Of a DNA stretch of 64,000 nucleotides, positions 38,798 to 51,556 are shown piece by piece; within the stretch, counting starts at the first letter, position 1; every line of letters begins with the position of its first letter. Source of the DNA: Octopus vulgaris. Lineage: Eukaryota. The position numbers were made by a program, and so were the translations under genes. Under the pieces are notes generated by a model. That model had not been told where the DNA came from and ran no database searches. It worked only from the letters and a program-made list of their open reading frames with translations. Location of the stretch: assembly GCA_951406725.2 (NCBI GenBank), contig OX597828.1:15376001-15440000 (forward strand), given 5' to 3'.

Positions 38798-40494
38798 GTA
38801 TGGAAAACAATTAAATTTCGGGAAAATTAAATGGAAAGTTTTTTAAAAGAATATTTGCATAGTGTTCAAATACAAGGGGCATTTTCCTTGTTTCTGCCTG
38901 TCTCTGTCTTTCTTGTTTACTCTTGTGGGTTCGATACACACACACATATATATATATACATACACACATATATATATATATACATACACACATATATATA
39001 TATATACATACACATATATATATATTTCTTTATTGCCCACAGGGGGCTAAACATAGAGGGGACAAACAAAGACATATATATACATACACACATACATATA
39101 CACACACACACATATATATATGTATATATGCAAGGAGAAGCAGCTGACCTCCCCTGTTCGAAGGTTATAATGGACACAGGTTTGTGTGTCATATAGCTAG
39201 CTAGAGGTGATGGCCTCTTGGAGCTAATCAATGGCAGCATTCGTCCTATTTTTCTAGACTGTCATGTTAGCTTGGCAATAACTACTAATATCCAGTACCG
39301 CTGCAGTAGTCTCCTTTAGAGAGACTTAGCAATATTAATATTTCAATTATATATATACATATACATACATATATATACATACATACATACATACATACAT
39401 ATACATATACATACATACATATAACCTCTTGGCCATGTGCCTCCACAATCATACATGTAGAACTTTACAAACAAACTTCTAGGTGTTTCTCTCTTGCTAG
39501 GTAGGCACAAGGTGTGAGAGTATTTTTGTTACTTTTGATATATTTGGATTTAGTTCTTTTGCTTCCATAGTGTAAAAATCAAAGATAAAAAGTCCAATAT
39601 TTAAGCCTTTAGTAATTGGATGTATTAACAAAAGAATGTAGTTAGGTGGTAAGTTTAAGTTAGTCATTTCTTTACTTGTTATTATTTAGGGTATTTATTG
39701 TTTTCATTTGTAAGGTTGCGTTATTAGTCAGGCATGTCATGGCTTTGTTAGTATACAAAATGGCTTCTCTTGAGCTTTTCATGTTTACAAAAGTATTTGA
39801 GTTAAGATTGTACATTTATATATTTCTCATTAGGTGTTCATTGCTCTATAAGCAATTTGATTAACATAGAGGTATTTTAAGCTTCTGATTATGTAAGTAG
39901 AGTTAGTTTGTTGTTTGCTTATAAAATTTCTTCCAGTTCAGTTCTAGATATATGCTAAAGTGGGACAGATATAGGTATATATATGTATTCATGTATGAAA
40001 ATGGGAACAAAAATATAATATAATTGAATTAAAAAGAAAAAAGAAAAGAAAGCGTTCTTTCAGTTTGCTTTCGTGTATATTTAGGTTTGTGTAGTTATAT
40101 TACAAAATCTTATGTGGGGATTTTAGTTGGAGATAGGGAGACTTTTAGATAATTTCTCGAATACTAGTTTAGTATCAAAGTGTAAAACTGTAAGAGTGTT
40201 TCTTTTTCCATAACAAGCAATATAAAAACCTAATGGGCACCCCACTCAAACCCATACACCTGAAGAAGATTTTAACTCAACAGAGACTACATAAAGACCA
40301 GACTAACTTTAAAGCATTGAAGTCCAATGATGGCTTAGATGGCTGTAACTTCGAAGTCACTGTCAACAACAATCTTGTTTAAGAATAATAAATTTGTACT
40401 CTACATAAGTATAGAGTGACCCATTTGATTAATGTAATATTGGTTGTATTATAACCGAACAGAAAAATAAACATTATATATATATATATATACA

Positions 40495-41762
40495 CGAGGG
40501 GCGTTCAATAAGTAATGCCCCTGACCCACTTGCAGTTGTTTGATCTAGCTGAAATTTTGCACGTGCACTTATTTATACCCCTATAGATTAAGTGGCGAAT
40601 TACAGCTATGAACTAATTGTGGTTTCTGATTTACAGGTGTTTGAACTGAGTCAAGTGTGAAATGGAGCCTGTTGAGTGTCGAGCAGTGATCTGGTTTTTG
40701 TATTTGAAAGGACGCACACCACGGGAGACTTTTGATGAAATGAAAGTAACTTATGGTGATGATGACCCATCATATGACCTTGTAAAACGCTGGCATTGTG
40801 AATTCAAATATAGTCGGAACTCTGTGGAAACAGCTCCCAGATCTGGTCGCCCCCTTCTGCCGTTGATGAGACGTCTGTCCGTCAAGTTGAGGCTGCCATT
40901 TTGGAAGGTCAACGCATAACTATTCGCTAAATAGCCCATAAGGCCAAGATTAGTACTGGGTCTGTGGAAACTATCATTCATGACCATTTGCATATGCAAA
41001 AGGTGTCTGCCAGATGGATTTCCAGGTTGCTCACACCTTTCCAGAAGCAAGAACGCGTTGAGTGCTCGAGGATGAATTTGGAGATGTGCCAAGAAGATGA
41101 GTCAAAATTTTTCAAAAGACTGATCACACAGGATAAAACCTGGGTCCATCACTATGATCCATAGACCAAAGCCCAGTCAATGTAGTGAAAGCACCGTGAC
41201 TCACCTCCTCCAAAGAAGGCAAGGGTGCAGCCCTCCGCTGACAAGGTTATGCTCACAGTCTTCTGGGACCAGGACGGAGTAGTGATGAAAGATTTCCTGG
41301 CAAAGAGTACCACAATTACAAGAGCCTATTATGCTTCACTCTTGAGGAAATTAAGAGAAGCTATCAAAATCAAGAGGCGGGGCAAGATCAGCAAAGGCAT
41401 CCTCCTCCTGCAGGACAACGCTCCGGTCCACAACTCGCGTGTCGCCAGATCAGAAGCACAGGCGTGCAGCTATGAACTCCTTCCCTTGCACCCTCTGATT
41501 TTCACCTCTTCCCAGCCATGAAGTTGATTTTGAAAGGAAAGCGTTTCCCAGATGATGCAGCCTTGATTTCTGAAGTCATGTCGTGGTTGGAGGACCAAGC
41601 TGGGGTCTTCTACAAAAACGGTCTCCAGAGCTGTATCAAACGATGGGAGAAATGCATAACTCTGGGTAGTTCCTATGTAGGAAAAGACTAATAACTGTGC
41701 CAAGTGTCGTTGCTCTACTGCTATGGGAAGTGGGTCAGGGGCATTACTTATTGAACGCCCCT

Positions 41763-41764
<2 letters not shown>
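40495..41764 (+). mobile_element. Near-full-length mariner (DD34D-type) DNA transposon, inactive
   Basis: 37-bp TIRs cgaggggcgttcaataagtaatgcccctgacccactt (40495-40531 and 41728-41764, 1 mismatch). Flanked by (TA)n. 1270 bp with an internal transposase. Confidence 0.96.
40662..41691 (+). pseudogene. Mariner transposase pseudogene
   Basis: ATG 40662 to TAA 41691. Motifs WISRLL, LITQDKTWVHHYDP, LLQDNAPVH, LAPSDFHLF and RWEKCI. Frameshifts near 40850 and 41485 plus several internal stops. Confidence 0.94.
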
Positions 41765-41810
<46 letters not shown>

Positions 41811-42408
41811 ACAAGCTTCTTTCAGTTTCTGTTTACCAAATTCACTCACAAGGCTTTGGTTGGCCCGAAGCTCAAGTAGAAGACATTTGCCTAAGGTGAC
41901 ACACAGTGGGACTGAACCCGGAACCATGTGGTTGGGAAGCAAACATTTTACCACACAGCCATGCCTGCACCTATTTTATATACACACACACACACACACA
42001 CACGTGTGTATAATTATATATGTATATATATATTACACATACATTTGTCGGTATATACATATATATACATACATTTGTGAGTGTGTCTGTGTGTATATGT
42101 ATATATTATATATATATACAAGATAAGAAAATGGAGAAATACATCTAAATCAAATATCAATTACCAGATAATACTCAATCACATACTTTATTAAACCACC
42201 ACATAAGAGACTGTAGGGTTAAACATAAAAAAGCAGAACAAATCAGTGTACATAAAGGAATAAAAAAGTGTACATAAAAGAGTGATGTTGTATAATAAGT
42301 AGAATATATATAAAAAAGAGAATATACATATAAGTAAATATAAATATAAGTATAGATTACATCTTACCAGTATATACATATATATATACATACATTTGTG
42401 AGTGTGTC

Positions 42409-42446
<38 letters not shown>

Positions 42447-42759
42447 TATACATGCATAATCATATAGAAATATTGATAAACACATCCTGTGACATATATC
42501 GAGGTCAAGTACTAAGCTAAGACTTATATGTAAAACAATAGAGTGATTTATCTACCTGTGTGACTCATAGCAGAGTATATACAAGATGTAACAAAGTAGT
42601 TTGCTTTTCTTACTCATTCCTATTATCTTCTGGTTTCCATTTCCTAGTGGCATATGTTTGTATCAATTATCGTTAGTTCTAGTCTGTGCAAAGCCTTTCT
42701 TTCTTTTTTTTTTTTTTATAATTAATGTTATAGTCAGACAAGAAAGGTAACAGGACTAG

Positions 42760-42790
<31 letters not shown>

Positions 42791-44014
42791 GCAGCAAAAC
42801 CATGAATCATAAAGTACAGTAATAGGCAGTGTTGCTCAAAATATATTAATACTGAATACCTGGCCCAAATACCTTACGACATAAAGGATTTTAATAAAAG
42901 TATCCAATGGCCAGATGTCATTATCTTTAAACCTGGTGATGGATTGATGGATTAATGGATTAAGTACACTATCCAAGAGCAAGTGTAGGCTTCTGCACAG
43001 TTTCTTATTTCTTTACTGCCCACAAGGGGCTACACACAGAGGAGACAAACAAGGACAAACGGATTAAATTGATTACATTGACCCCAATGAGTATCTGGTA
43101 CTTATTTAATCGACCCCGAAAGGATGAAAGGCAAAGTCGACCTCGGTGGAATTTGAACTCAGAATGTAACGACAGATGAAATACCGCTAAGCATTTCACC
43201 TGGCGTGCTAACGTTTCTGCCAGCTTGCTGCACAGTTTCTCTCTACCCAATTTCATTCATGTTTTGGATAAACTCGAGTTATGGTGGAAGGCACTTGTCC
43301 CAGGTGCTGTGCAGTGGGATTGAAATAGAAATTATATGTCAAGTTTAATAAAACTGTGGCTAACCATGCATACAGGCAAGTCCTCTATGGTCTTTGACAC
43401 CATAATGTAAAAAGTGCTTGTGCTGGTGTCACATAAAATGCACTCATGCTGGTGTCGTGTAAAATGCACTCATGTTGGCATTGTGTACCAGTGCCACATA
43501 GCAAGCAGTTGTGCTGGCACCATGTTCACGCACTTGTGGCAGTATCATGTAAAAAGCACCCAGCACATTAGGAAGGGCATCCCGCCATAGAAACCAAGCC
43601 AAAACTGACAATTGGCACCTAGGCATCTGGCCAGCTCCAGTCAAACTGACACATGTCAGCATGGGAAATAGACTTTAAATGATGATGACGAGGAGGTGGT
43701 GGGGGTGAGCTTCTTAACCATACAGCCACGCCCACTTGAGGAGTTACCAAACTTCTGCTTTCACCAGGACAAAATTGCCATTCTTACAACAAAATCATGA
43801 GAAAATTGGTATCAAAAACATCTCTCATCTGGCCAAACTTAGACTAATTTTTAGTATGCCAAATGTTTCTTTTTCACTTAATTCACATTAATTTTGAAAT
43901 ATTTTGAGGGAAAATTACTAATTAATACTTCAATCATTTTTGTTTAATTATTAATAAAAAAAATTTTGCATTGTTGCCTTTCCATTTAAAAAAAAAAATA
44001 TTTTATTACTTTAA

Positions 44015-44218
44015 CCCTTCTGCATTCAGATTACTTTGTCAAATGCAATGCTTATTTATTCACATCGTTTAGAATTAATCAATCATTATCTCATAGCTTT
44101 GAGGTTTCAATTATGTGATTGTTTACTTTTTAAAATTGACATTGTAGGGTAGGTGTGAGTGGCCGAATCTGGCCACTTTGAATATAAAACAGATTTGGCC
44201 ATTTTAAATGCTAAAAGG
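44015..44218. mobile_element. piggyBac-type MITE family 2
   Basis: ttaa|cccttctgcatt...aatgctaaaagg|ttaa. A truncated second copy lies at 32624-32730. Confidence 0.75.
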
Positions 44219-45868
44219 TTAAAAGATGTCTGGTTATATTTTGGCATTTATGTATTTGGCACATCATTTCTCTTTACTTGCTCCCCACTCACTTACTCTC
44301 AGTTTCTACACACACACACACACAAATATATATACACAAACACACATACATGTTTTTCTTAAATCCCTGCTCCAGGTAAATGCATTGCCAGCTGTCTTCT
44401 AACCTCTCAGCTGTATTTTTACACTCCTCTTATGTTTTTACCATTGATGAAGGACAAACGTCCAAAATGTTAAGACTCTTTTCCTTCATTGTTTTAAGTG
44501 TTAAACTGATACAATCATCATCATCATCATCATCGTTTAGCGTCCGTTTTCCATGCTAGCATGGGTTGGACGGTTCTACTGGGGTCTGTGAAGCCAGAAG
44601 GCTTCATCAGGCCCAGTCAAATCTGGCAACGTCTTCACAAGTAGAGTTTTGTGTCCCAAGAAGGGAAGGTATGCATACAACTTATTCCTTGTGTGCTGTC
44701 TCTTCATTTTGTTTGTGCTTGTTACATTTCATATATAATGGAAGTTAAATGATGATGATGATATACAAAATCAACACAACTAACGAAGGCCATCATCGTA
44801 CACAAACACACACCAGCCATATCATACTATATTTCAATAGATCTGAATTTAGAGAAAAACTTGGAAAACAACAAAGGAATTTGAACAAAAATGTGTAAGT
44901 GAAATGCAATAGACATTCAGCAAACTAAAGTGAACTAACATCTGGGGAAATTATAATATAATGACTAAGATGAATTTGTGTGTGTGTGAGTGTGTGTGTG
45001 TGTGTATACATATATATGTAGTTGTGATAACTTCTGTGAACATAGTGCTGACAACTGTACAACACTCCTTTTCAATTAACATATAGAAGGGAAAAAAGAA
45101 AAAGACAATGTGTGGTATGTGTACACTATACACATCCATACACACACACACACACACATACTTTTACCTGAGATATTGATATATATGTAGTCTTATACGA
45201 GATATTGAGGTTTACACACGTACACATTTCCACTTTTACTTAAAATATTGATATGCACTTTTATTCAAGACATTGATTTTATAGATACACACAAGGGTGT
45301 GCTGAAAACTTCCTGGCTTTAAGGCTGTCACAAAAGGCCTGGTTGAAGGCCCAACCTTCCAACTACTTTTACGGAGCTTAGAAAAATTGAGAGACCGATG
45401 CAATAAGTGTGCAAATCTGAGAGGGAACATAACTGATCGGCCTGTTTTTTCTTTTACCTAAAGTCAGGAATTGTATGAATGTGTGTATATATATATGCAT
45501 ATATGTATGTGTATATATGTGTGTGTGTATCATCATCATTGTTTAACGTCCGCTTTCCATGCTAGCATGGGTTGGACGGTTCAACTGGGGTTTGGGAAGC
45601 CCGAAGGCTGCATCAGGCCAGTCAGATCTGGCAGTGTTTCTACAGCTGGATGCCCTTCCTAATGCCAACCACTCCGTGAGTGTAGTGGGTGCTTTTTATG
45701 TGCCACCGACACAGGTGACAGACGAGGCTGGTGAACGGCCACGCTCGGATGGTGCTTTTTATGTGCCACCGGCACGGAGGCCAGGCCAGGCTGGCACGGC
45801 CATAATTGGATGGTGTTTGTTACGTGCCACCAGCACGGAGGCCAGTCGATGCGATATATATATATGTG

Positions 45869-45903
<35 letters not shown>

Positions 45904-46229
45904 GTATATATATAGTTGAAAAATATTGTTATAGGTAGAAAAATACCATAAACAATTATAGAAAAATGGAGGAGAAAAAAAGATGTTTTAATTAAAATTA
46001 GATTTAATATAAAATAAGATTCAATACATATGCGCGTTTCAAAGGACAATACAAATATGTCAGAAAAATTATTTTTCAACTACTATTTTCATATTTTTAT
46101 TACTTGCTCTGGCTGCTTTTTATGAATATGATGAATCTTTATTAGAAATCATTATTTCTCTCTTTTAGGACCTCTCAAAAAGTTTGAATTGTTCTCTTTT
46201 GAACTTATCCCCCACCCCACATATATATA

Positions 46230-46601
46230 TCTGTATATACAAAAGGCAGGATGTGTGTGTTTGTACGTGAATGTAATTTATGCACGTCAACAAATTAGTA
46301 CGCATGTTGCTCCAATTTTAGGAGGACATTCGTCATGATCCTAGCTGTATTTTTGTCAACTTATTTTTCCCAGAGGCATCAGCGAATAGCAGTAAAAATT
46401 AACTTTCAACCAAAACTTTTAACAATTTTCAAGTCGGAGAAATCACCATTGTTTGCAAACAGGAGTTAAGTCCCCTTCTAGTACCGAGTAAGTTTGGAAA
46501 AAGGTGTTTTGTTGATATACGGGTAACACACACGCAAACATATATGTGTACAAAAAACATGTATGCAATAGGTGTATGTATGTATGTGTGTTGCCCATAT
46601 A

Positions 46602-46658
<57 letters not shown>

Positions 46659-47092
46659 GTGTATGTGTGTGTGTGTGTGGAGGTTCAATGGCCCAGTGGT
46701 TAGGGCAGCGGACTGGCGGTTGTAGGATCACGGTTTCGATTCCCAGACTGGGTGTTGTGTGTGTTTATTGAGCAAAAACACCTAAAAGCTCCACGAGGCT
46801 CCGGCAGGGGGTGGTGATCCCTGCTGTACTCTTTCACCACTCTTTCTTCTGTTGGCCTGCACGCTTAGCCAGCGGAGCGGCGTCATTCGAAGGCTAAAAC
46901 AATGCGAACGCATTGTGACCAGCGATGTGTAGCAACATCTGGTCGGTCACGTGATATATATATATATATATATATGTATGTATAAACGGATTTCACCCAA
47001 ATTTGACATCAATGTTACTTGGTTTGGTTTGAAATAAAGAACTTGATTAACTTAATAATCCTAACTTGATCCCGGGCAAAGGCGGGTTATAC

Positions 47093-47094
<2 letters not shown>
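46230..47094 (+). mobile_element. Non-autonomous Helitron-like element carrying a SINE C insertion
   Basis: Starts a|TCtgtatatacaaaaggcaggatgtgtgtg. Ends with GC hairpin cccgggcaaaggcggg plus ttatactg; the terminal CTAG is eroded. Confidence 0.55.
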
Positions 47095-47148
<54 letters not shown>

Positions 47149-47322
47149 TTAATCCAAATAAGAAAACACAGAAAAAAACACAGCAACGCGAGGACGTGGA
47201 ACAATTAAAGTATTATTTGACGCTCAGGAAAGAAGGGAAATATATATATAACCGGAGTAAACACATAAATGTGAAACAAGGTGGAAAAAAGAGTACTCAA
47301 ATACCAGTGGTAGAGTAATATG

Positions 47323-47376
47323 CTTTATTTTAAGCAGCAGAAAATTTTGTTGAATTTTCTGCTGCTTAAAATAAAG
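47323..47376. repeat. Perfect 24-bp inverted repeat with 6-nt spacer
   Basis: ctttattttaagcagcagaaaatt-ttgttg-aattttctgctgcttaaaataaag. Confidence 0.95.
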
Positions 47377-48535
47377 TATATATATATATATAGATGATCA
47401 TCATTATTTAACATCCTTTTCTGGATGTTGGATGGGTTAAATGATGATAGTGACTGAAGCAGCTGAAAGATAAAGATCTATATCTGTTTACAGTCATTTT
47501 ACAGGTCATTTTAATCCAGGTACTTATTTGACTTTGGAACAACAATACAAACACTAAAAATAATAATAATTTCTATCACTGACACTTTATTTTATTAACC
47601 CCTGAGAGGTGTAAGGCAAAGTCGACCCTAGCAAGGGCTGAACTTTAAATGTAAATGGTCATAATTAAATACCACAAATGATATGATTTCTCACCAATTC
47701 AATGCCACAAATGTGGAGGGAAAGGATACAGCTGACAGAATTGATCCCAGTATATGGCAGGTATTTATTTCCTCAGAGCTTGAAGAATGCAAAGCAAAGT
47801 TGATTCTGGTGACAGTAAATCGACAGAGATCTTTTGTCTTTCATTTGTTTCAGTCATTAGATTGTGGCTATGCTGGGGCATCGCCTTGAAGAATTTTCGT
47901 CAAATAAAATGATCTCGGTACTTATTTTTCTTTAAAGCTTAGTACTTATTCTATCAGTTTCTCATTTGCTGAACTGCTAAGTTATAGGGACATAAAAACA
48001 CCTACACTGGCTGTCAGATGGTGATGGGGGACAAACACAGAGGCAAAGACACATACACATGACAGGCTTCTTTCTGTTTCTTATTTCTTAATTGCCCACA
48101 AGGGGCTAAACATAGAAGGGACAAACAAGGACAGACAAAGGGATTAAGTTGATTACACTGACCCCAGTGCGTAACTGGTATTTTATTTATCGACCCCGAA
48201 AGGATGAAAGGCAAAGTCGGCCTTGGCAGAATTTGAACTCAGAACGTAATGGCAGATGAAATACCGCTAAGCATTTCGCCTGGCGCGCTAACGTTTTGGC
48301 CAGCTCGCCACTTTTCTGTTTCTGTCTACCAAATCCACTCACAAGGCTTTGGTCAGCCTGAGGCTAGAGTAGAAGACACCTGCCCAAGGTGTCACGCAGT
48401 GGGAATGAAGCTGGAACCATGTGATTTGGAAGAAAACTCCTTACTGTAGAACCACACCTGCACCTAGATAAAAACAAAGGTACTTAGCCCCTCATTCTAA
48501 AGCAATAACAAAAATCTAAATCATCAGATAATTAC

Positions 48536-48584
48536 CATATTTTCCATGGCCGTCTCTCATGCTTAGGCTCACAAAATCTTTTGG
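48536..48584 (-). CDS. STIMATE: STIMATE/TMEM110, first exon found in window (49 nt; xKRFCEPKHERRPWKIW, phase 1 to 2)
   Basis: Minus strand reads ...ttccatttcag|CCAAAAGA...AAAATATG|gtaatt. Peptide matches the STIMATE motif KRFREPKHERRPWRIW (human sequence recalled from memory). Too short for the ORF track. Confidence 0.93.
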
Positions 48585-48707
48585 CTGAAATGGAAGAAGA
48601 AAAGAAAGTTACAGTACATTGGAATACTGAATTATATTACTTAGTATATATTATAACGAATTCTAGCATGCAAGGCAGATGTTAAACAATGATGATGAGG
48701 ACTACAT

Positions 48708-49108
48708 ACTCATTTACTTGTTTCAGTCATTTGACTGTGGCCATGCTAGAGCACTGCCTTTAGTTGAGCAAATCGATCCTGGGACTTATTCTTTGTAAGC
48801 CCAGTACTTATTCTATCGGTCTCTTTTGCCGAACTGCTAAGTGACGGTGACGTAAACACACCAGCGTCGGTTGTCAAGCAATGCTAGGGGGACAAACACA
48901 GGCACAAAAAACATACACACACACACACACACATATATATACATATATACGACGGGCTTCTTTCAGTTTCCGTCTACCAAATCCACTCACAAGGCTTTGG
49001 TCGGCCAGAGGCTATAGTAGAAGACACTTGCCCAAGATGCCACGAAGTGGGACTGAGCCGGAACCATGTGGTTGCTAAGCAAGCTACTTACCACACAGCC
49101 ACTCCTGC
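48708..49108 (-). mobile_element. SINE family A, intact copy
   Basis: Full-length match to family A. Confidence 0.9.
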
Positions 49109-49381
49109 TGTAAACACTCGTTTCTCTGTTTGTTTTTTCGTTTCTCATTGCGTTTAACGTTTTTTTGATGTCCTGTACCCATCATCATCATCGTTTAGCG
49201 TTCGTTTTCTGCGCTAGCACGGGTGATATATGCATATATATGTATATTATTTATATTATATTATATATATATATTTCTTTACTACCCACAAGGGGCTAAA
49301 CACAGACGGGACAAACAAGGACAGACGAACGGATTAAGTTGATTATATCGACCCCAGTGTGTAACTGGTACTTAATTTATC

Positions 49382-49502
49382 GACCCCGAAAGGATGAAAG
49401 GCAAAGTCGACCTCGGCGGAATCTGAACTCGGAACGTGACGACAGACGAAATACAGCTACGCATTTCGCCCGGCGTGCTAACGTTTCTGCCAGCTCGCCG
49501 CC

Positions 49503-49547
<45 letters not shown>

Positions 49548-49753
49548 CATACAAGGGGTGTTGAAAAGTCCCTGGCTTTAATGGTATCATGAAAGACTTG
49601 GTTGGAGGCCAAACCTTCTTAGTTCTTTTACAGACCCCGAAAGGATGAAAGGCAAAGTCGACCTCGGCGGAATTTGAACTCGGAACGTGACGACAGACGA
49701 AATACAGCTACGCATTTCGCCCGGCGTGCTAACGTTTCTGCCAGCTCGCCGCC

Positions 49754-49790
<37 letters not shown>

Positions 49791-49875
49791 CATACAAGGG
49801 GTGTTGAAAAGTCCCTGGCTTTAATGGTATCATGAAAGACTTGGTTGGAGGCCAAACCTTCTTAGTTCTTTTACA
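49382..49875. repeat. Direct tandem duplication (251 + 243 bp)
   Basis: 49382-49632 and 49633-49875 differ, as far as I can see, by one substitution and 8 nt of (TA)n. Confidence 0.93.
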
Positions 49876-50014
49876 GGGTTTAGAAAAACTGAAGGACTAC
49901 TGCAATAAGTGTGTGAATCAGAGAGGGGAATATGTTGAATAAAATCATAATTAACTGATAAAACTCCTGTATTTTCTTTTACCCAAACCCAGGAACTTCT
50001 CATCCTTCCCCCTC
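49793..50014 (+). mobile_element. Internally deleted mariner derivative (MITE)
   Basis: TA|caaggggtgttgaaaagtccctgg...ccaggaacttctcatccttccccctca|TA. Keeps the transposase C-terminus FTGLEKLKDYCNKCVNQRGEYVE*. Second copy at about 45292-45472. Confidence 0.8.
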
Positions 50015-50421
50015 ATATATATGTATGTCCTAGTGTGAGTACATTAGCATCTCCTTGCCTTGACATCACATAATTTCATAAATGAAAATGATCCATTTCC
50101 ATTATTCAGCTTGAAGGCTTTTGGCCATGGGAAAATATTGCCTTGATCAGAAACAGGTGAAGGTTGGTGACAACAAGGGCATCTAGTCATAGAAAATTCT
50201 GCATCAATAAAACTCAGGCAAGTATGGAAAAGTGAACATTAAAATGATGATGAATACTTTACACGCCTATTATATTTCATAAGTGTGCCCACGAGAGAGA
50301 TTGTATTGATCATAGTAATTTTACTATTTAGTAGTAAAATATAAAGCTGAAATAGAAATAGCAAAAGAACAGAACATCCTAAGTTGCTGCTCATATGCTG
50401 CTTTGTAGTTTATTGTATATA

Positions 50422-50599
50422 TACTCTTTTACTTGTTTTAGTAATTTGACTGCGGCCATGCTGGAGCACCGCCTTTAGTCGAGCAAATCAACTTATTCTT
50501 TGTAAGCCTAGTAATTATTCTATCTGTGTCTTTTACCGAACTGCTAAGTTACGGGGACGTAAACTCACCAGCATCGGTTGTCAAGAGATGTAGGGGGGA

Positions 50600-50671
<72 letters not shown>

Positions 50672-50835
50672 TGACGGGCTTCTTTCAATTTCCGTCTACC
50701 AAATCCACTCACAAGGCTTTGCTCGGCCCGGGGCTATAGTAGAAGACACTTGCCCAAAGTGCCACGCAGTGGAAATGAACCCGGAACCATGCGGTTGGTA
50801 AGCAAGCTACTTACCACACAGCCACTCTTGTGCCT
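50422..50835 (-). mobile_element. SINE family A, near-intact copy
   Basis: Full-length match with a short deletion. Confidence 0.88.
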
Positions 50836-50836
50836 T

Positions 50837-50897
<61 letters not shown>

Positions 50898-51168
50898 GTG
50901 TGTGTATGTATGTATGTATATGCGTGTATGTGTACATATGTGTGTATATATATTTTTTCCTTTTTTTCCATGTTTTAGTCATTTGACTGTGGCCATGCCG
51001 AGGCACCGCTTTTAGTCAAACAAATCGACCCCAGGACTTATTATTTGTAAGCCTAGTACTTATTTTATCAGGATCTTTTGCTGAACCACTAAGTATTAGG
51101 AGCATAAACACACCAACATCGGTTGTCAAGTAATGGTGGGGGTGGGGACAAACACAGACACACAAAGA

Positions 51169-51208
<40 letters not shown>

Positions 51209-51503
51209 CAAGAAGCTTCTTTCAGTTTCATTCTAGCAAACCCACTTTGGTCACCCCAAGAAGACACTTGGCCATGGTTCCATGCAGTGGGACTGAACCT
51301 GAAACTATGTGGTTGGGAAGCAAGCAGGACCTGAATATGTGTGTGTGTATGTGTGTGGCTGGGTGTGGGTGTATGGGTGTGTATGCTACTACAAGAACAT
51401 AAACTAAAAATGTGTTTTAATAACGTCATATAGTAGGTAATAACACAAAGTGGTGTTCCAGCTGTGACCATCCAGTCAATATACTGTTACAATTCCTTAA
51501 CAT

Positions 51504-51556
<53 letters not shown>

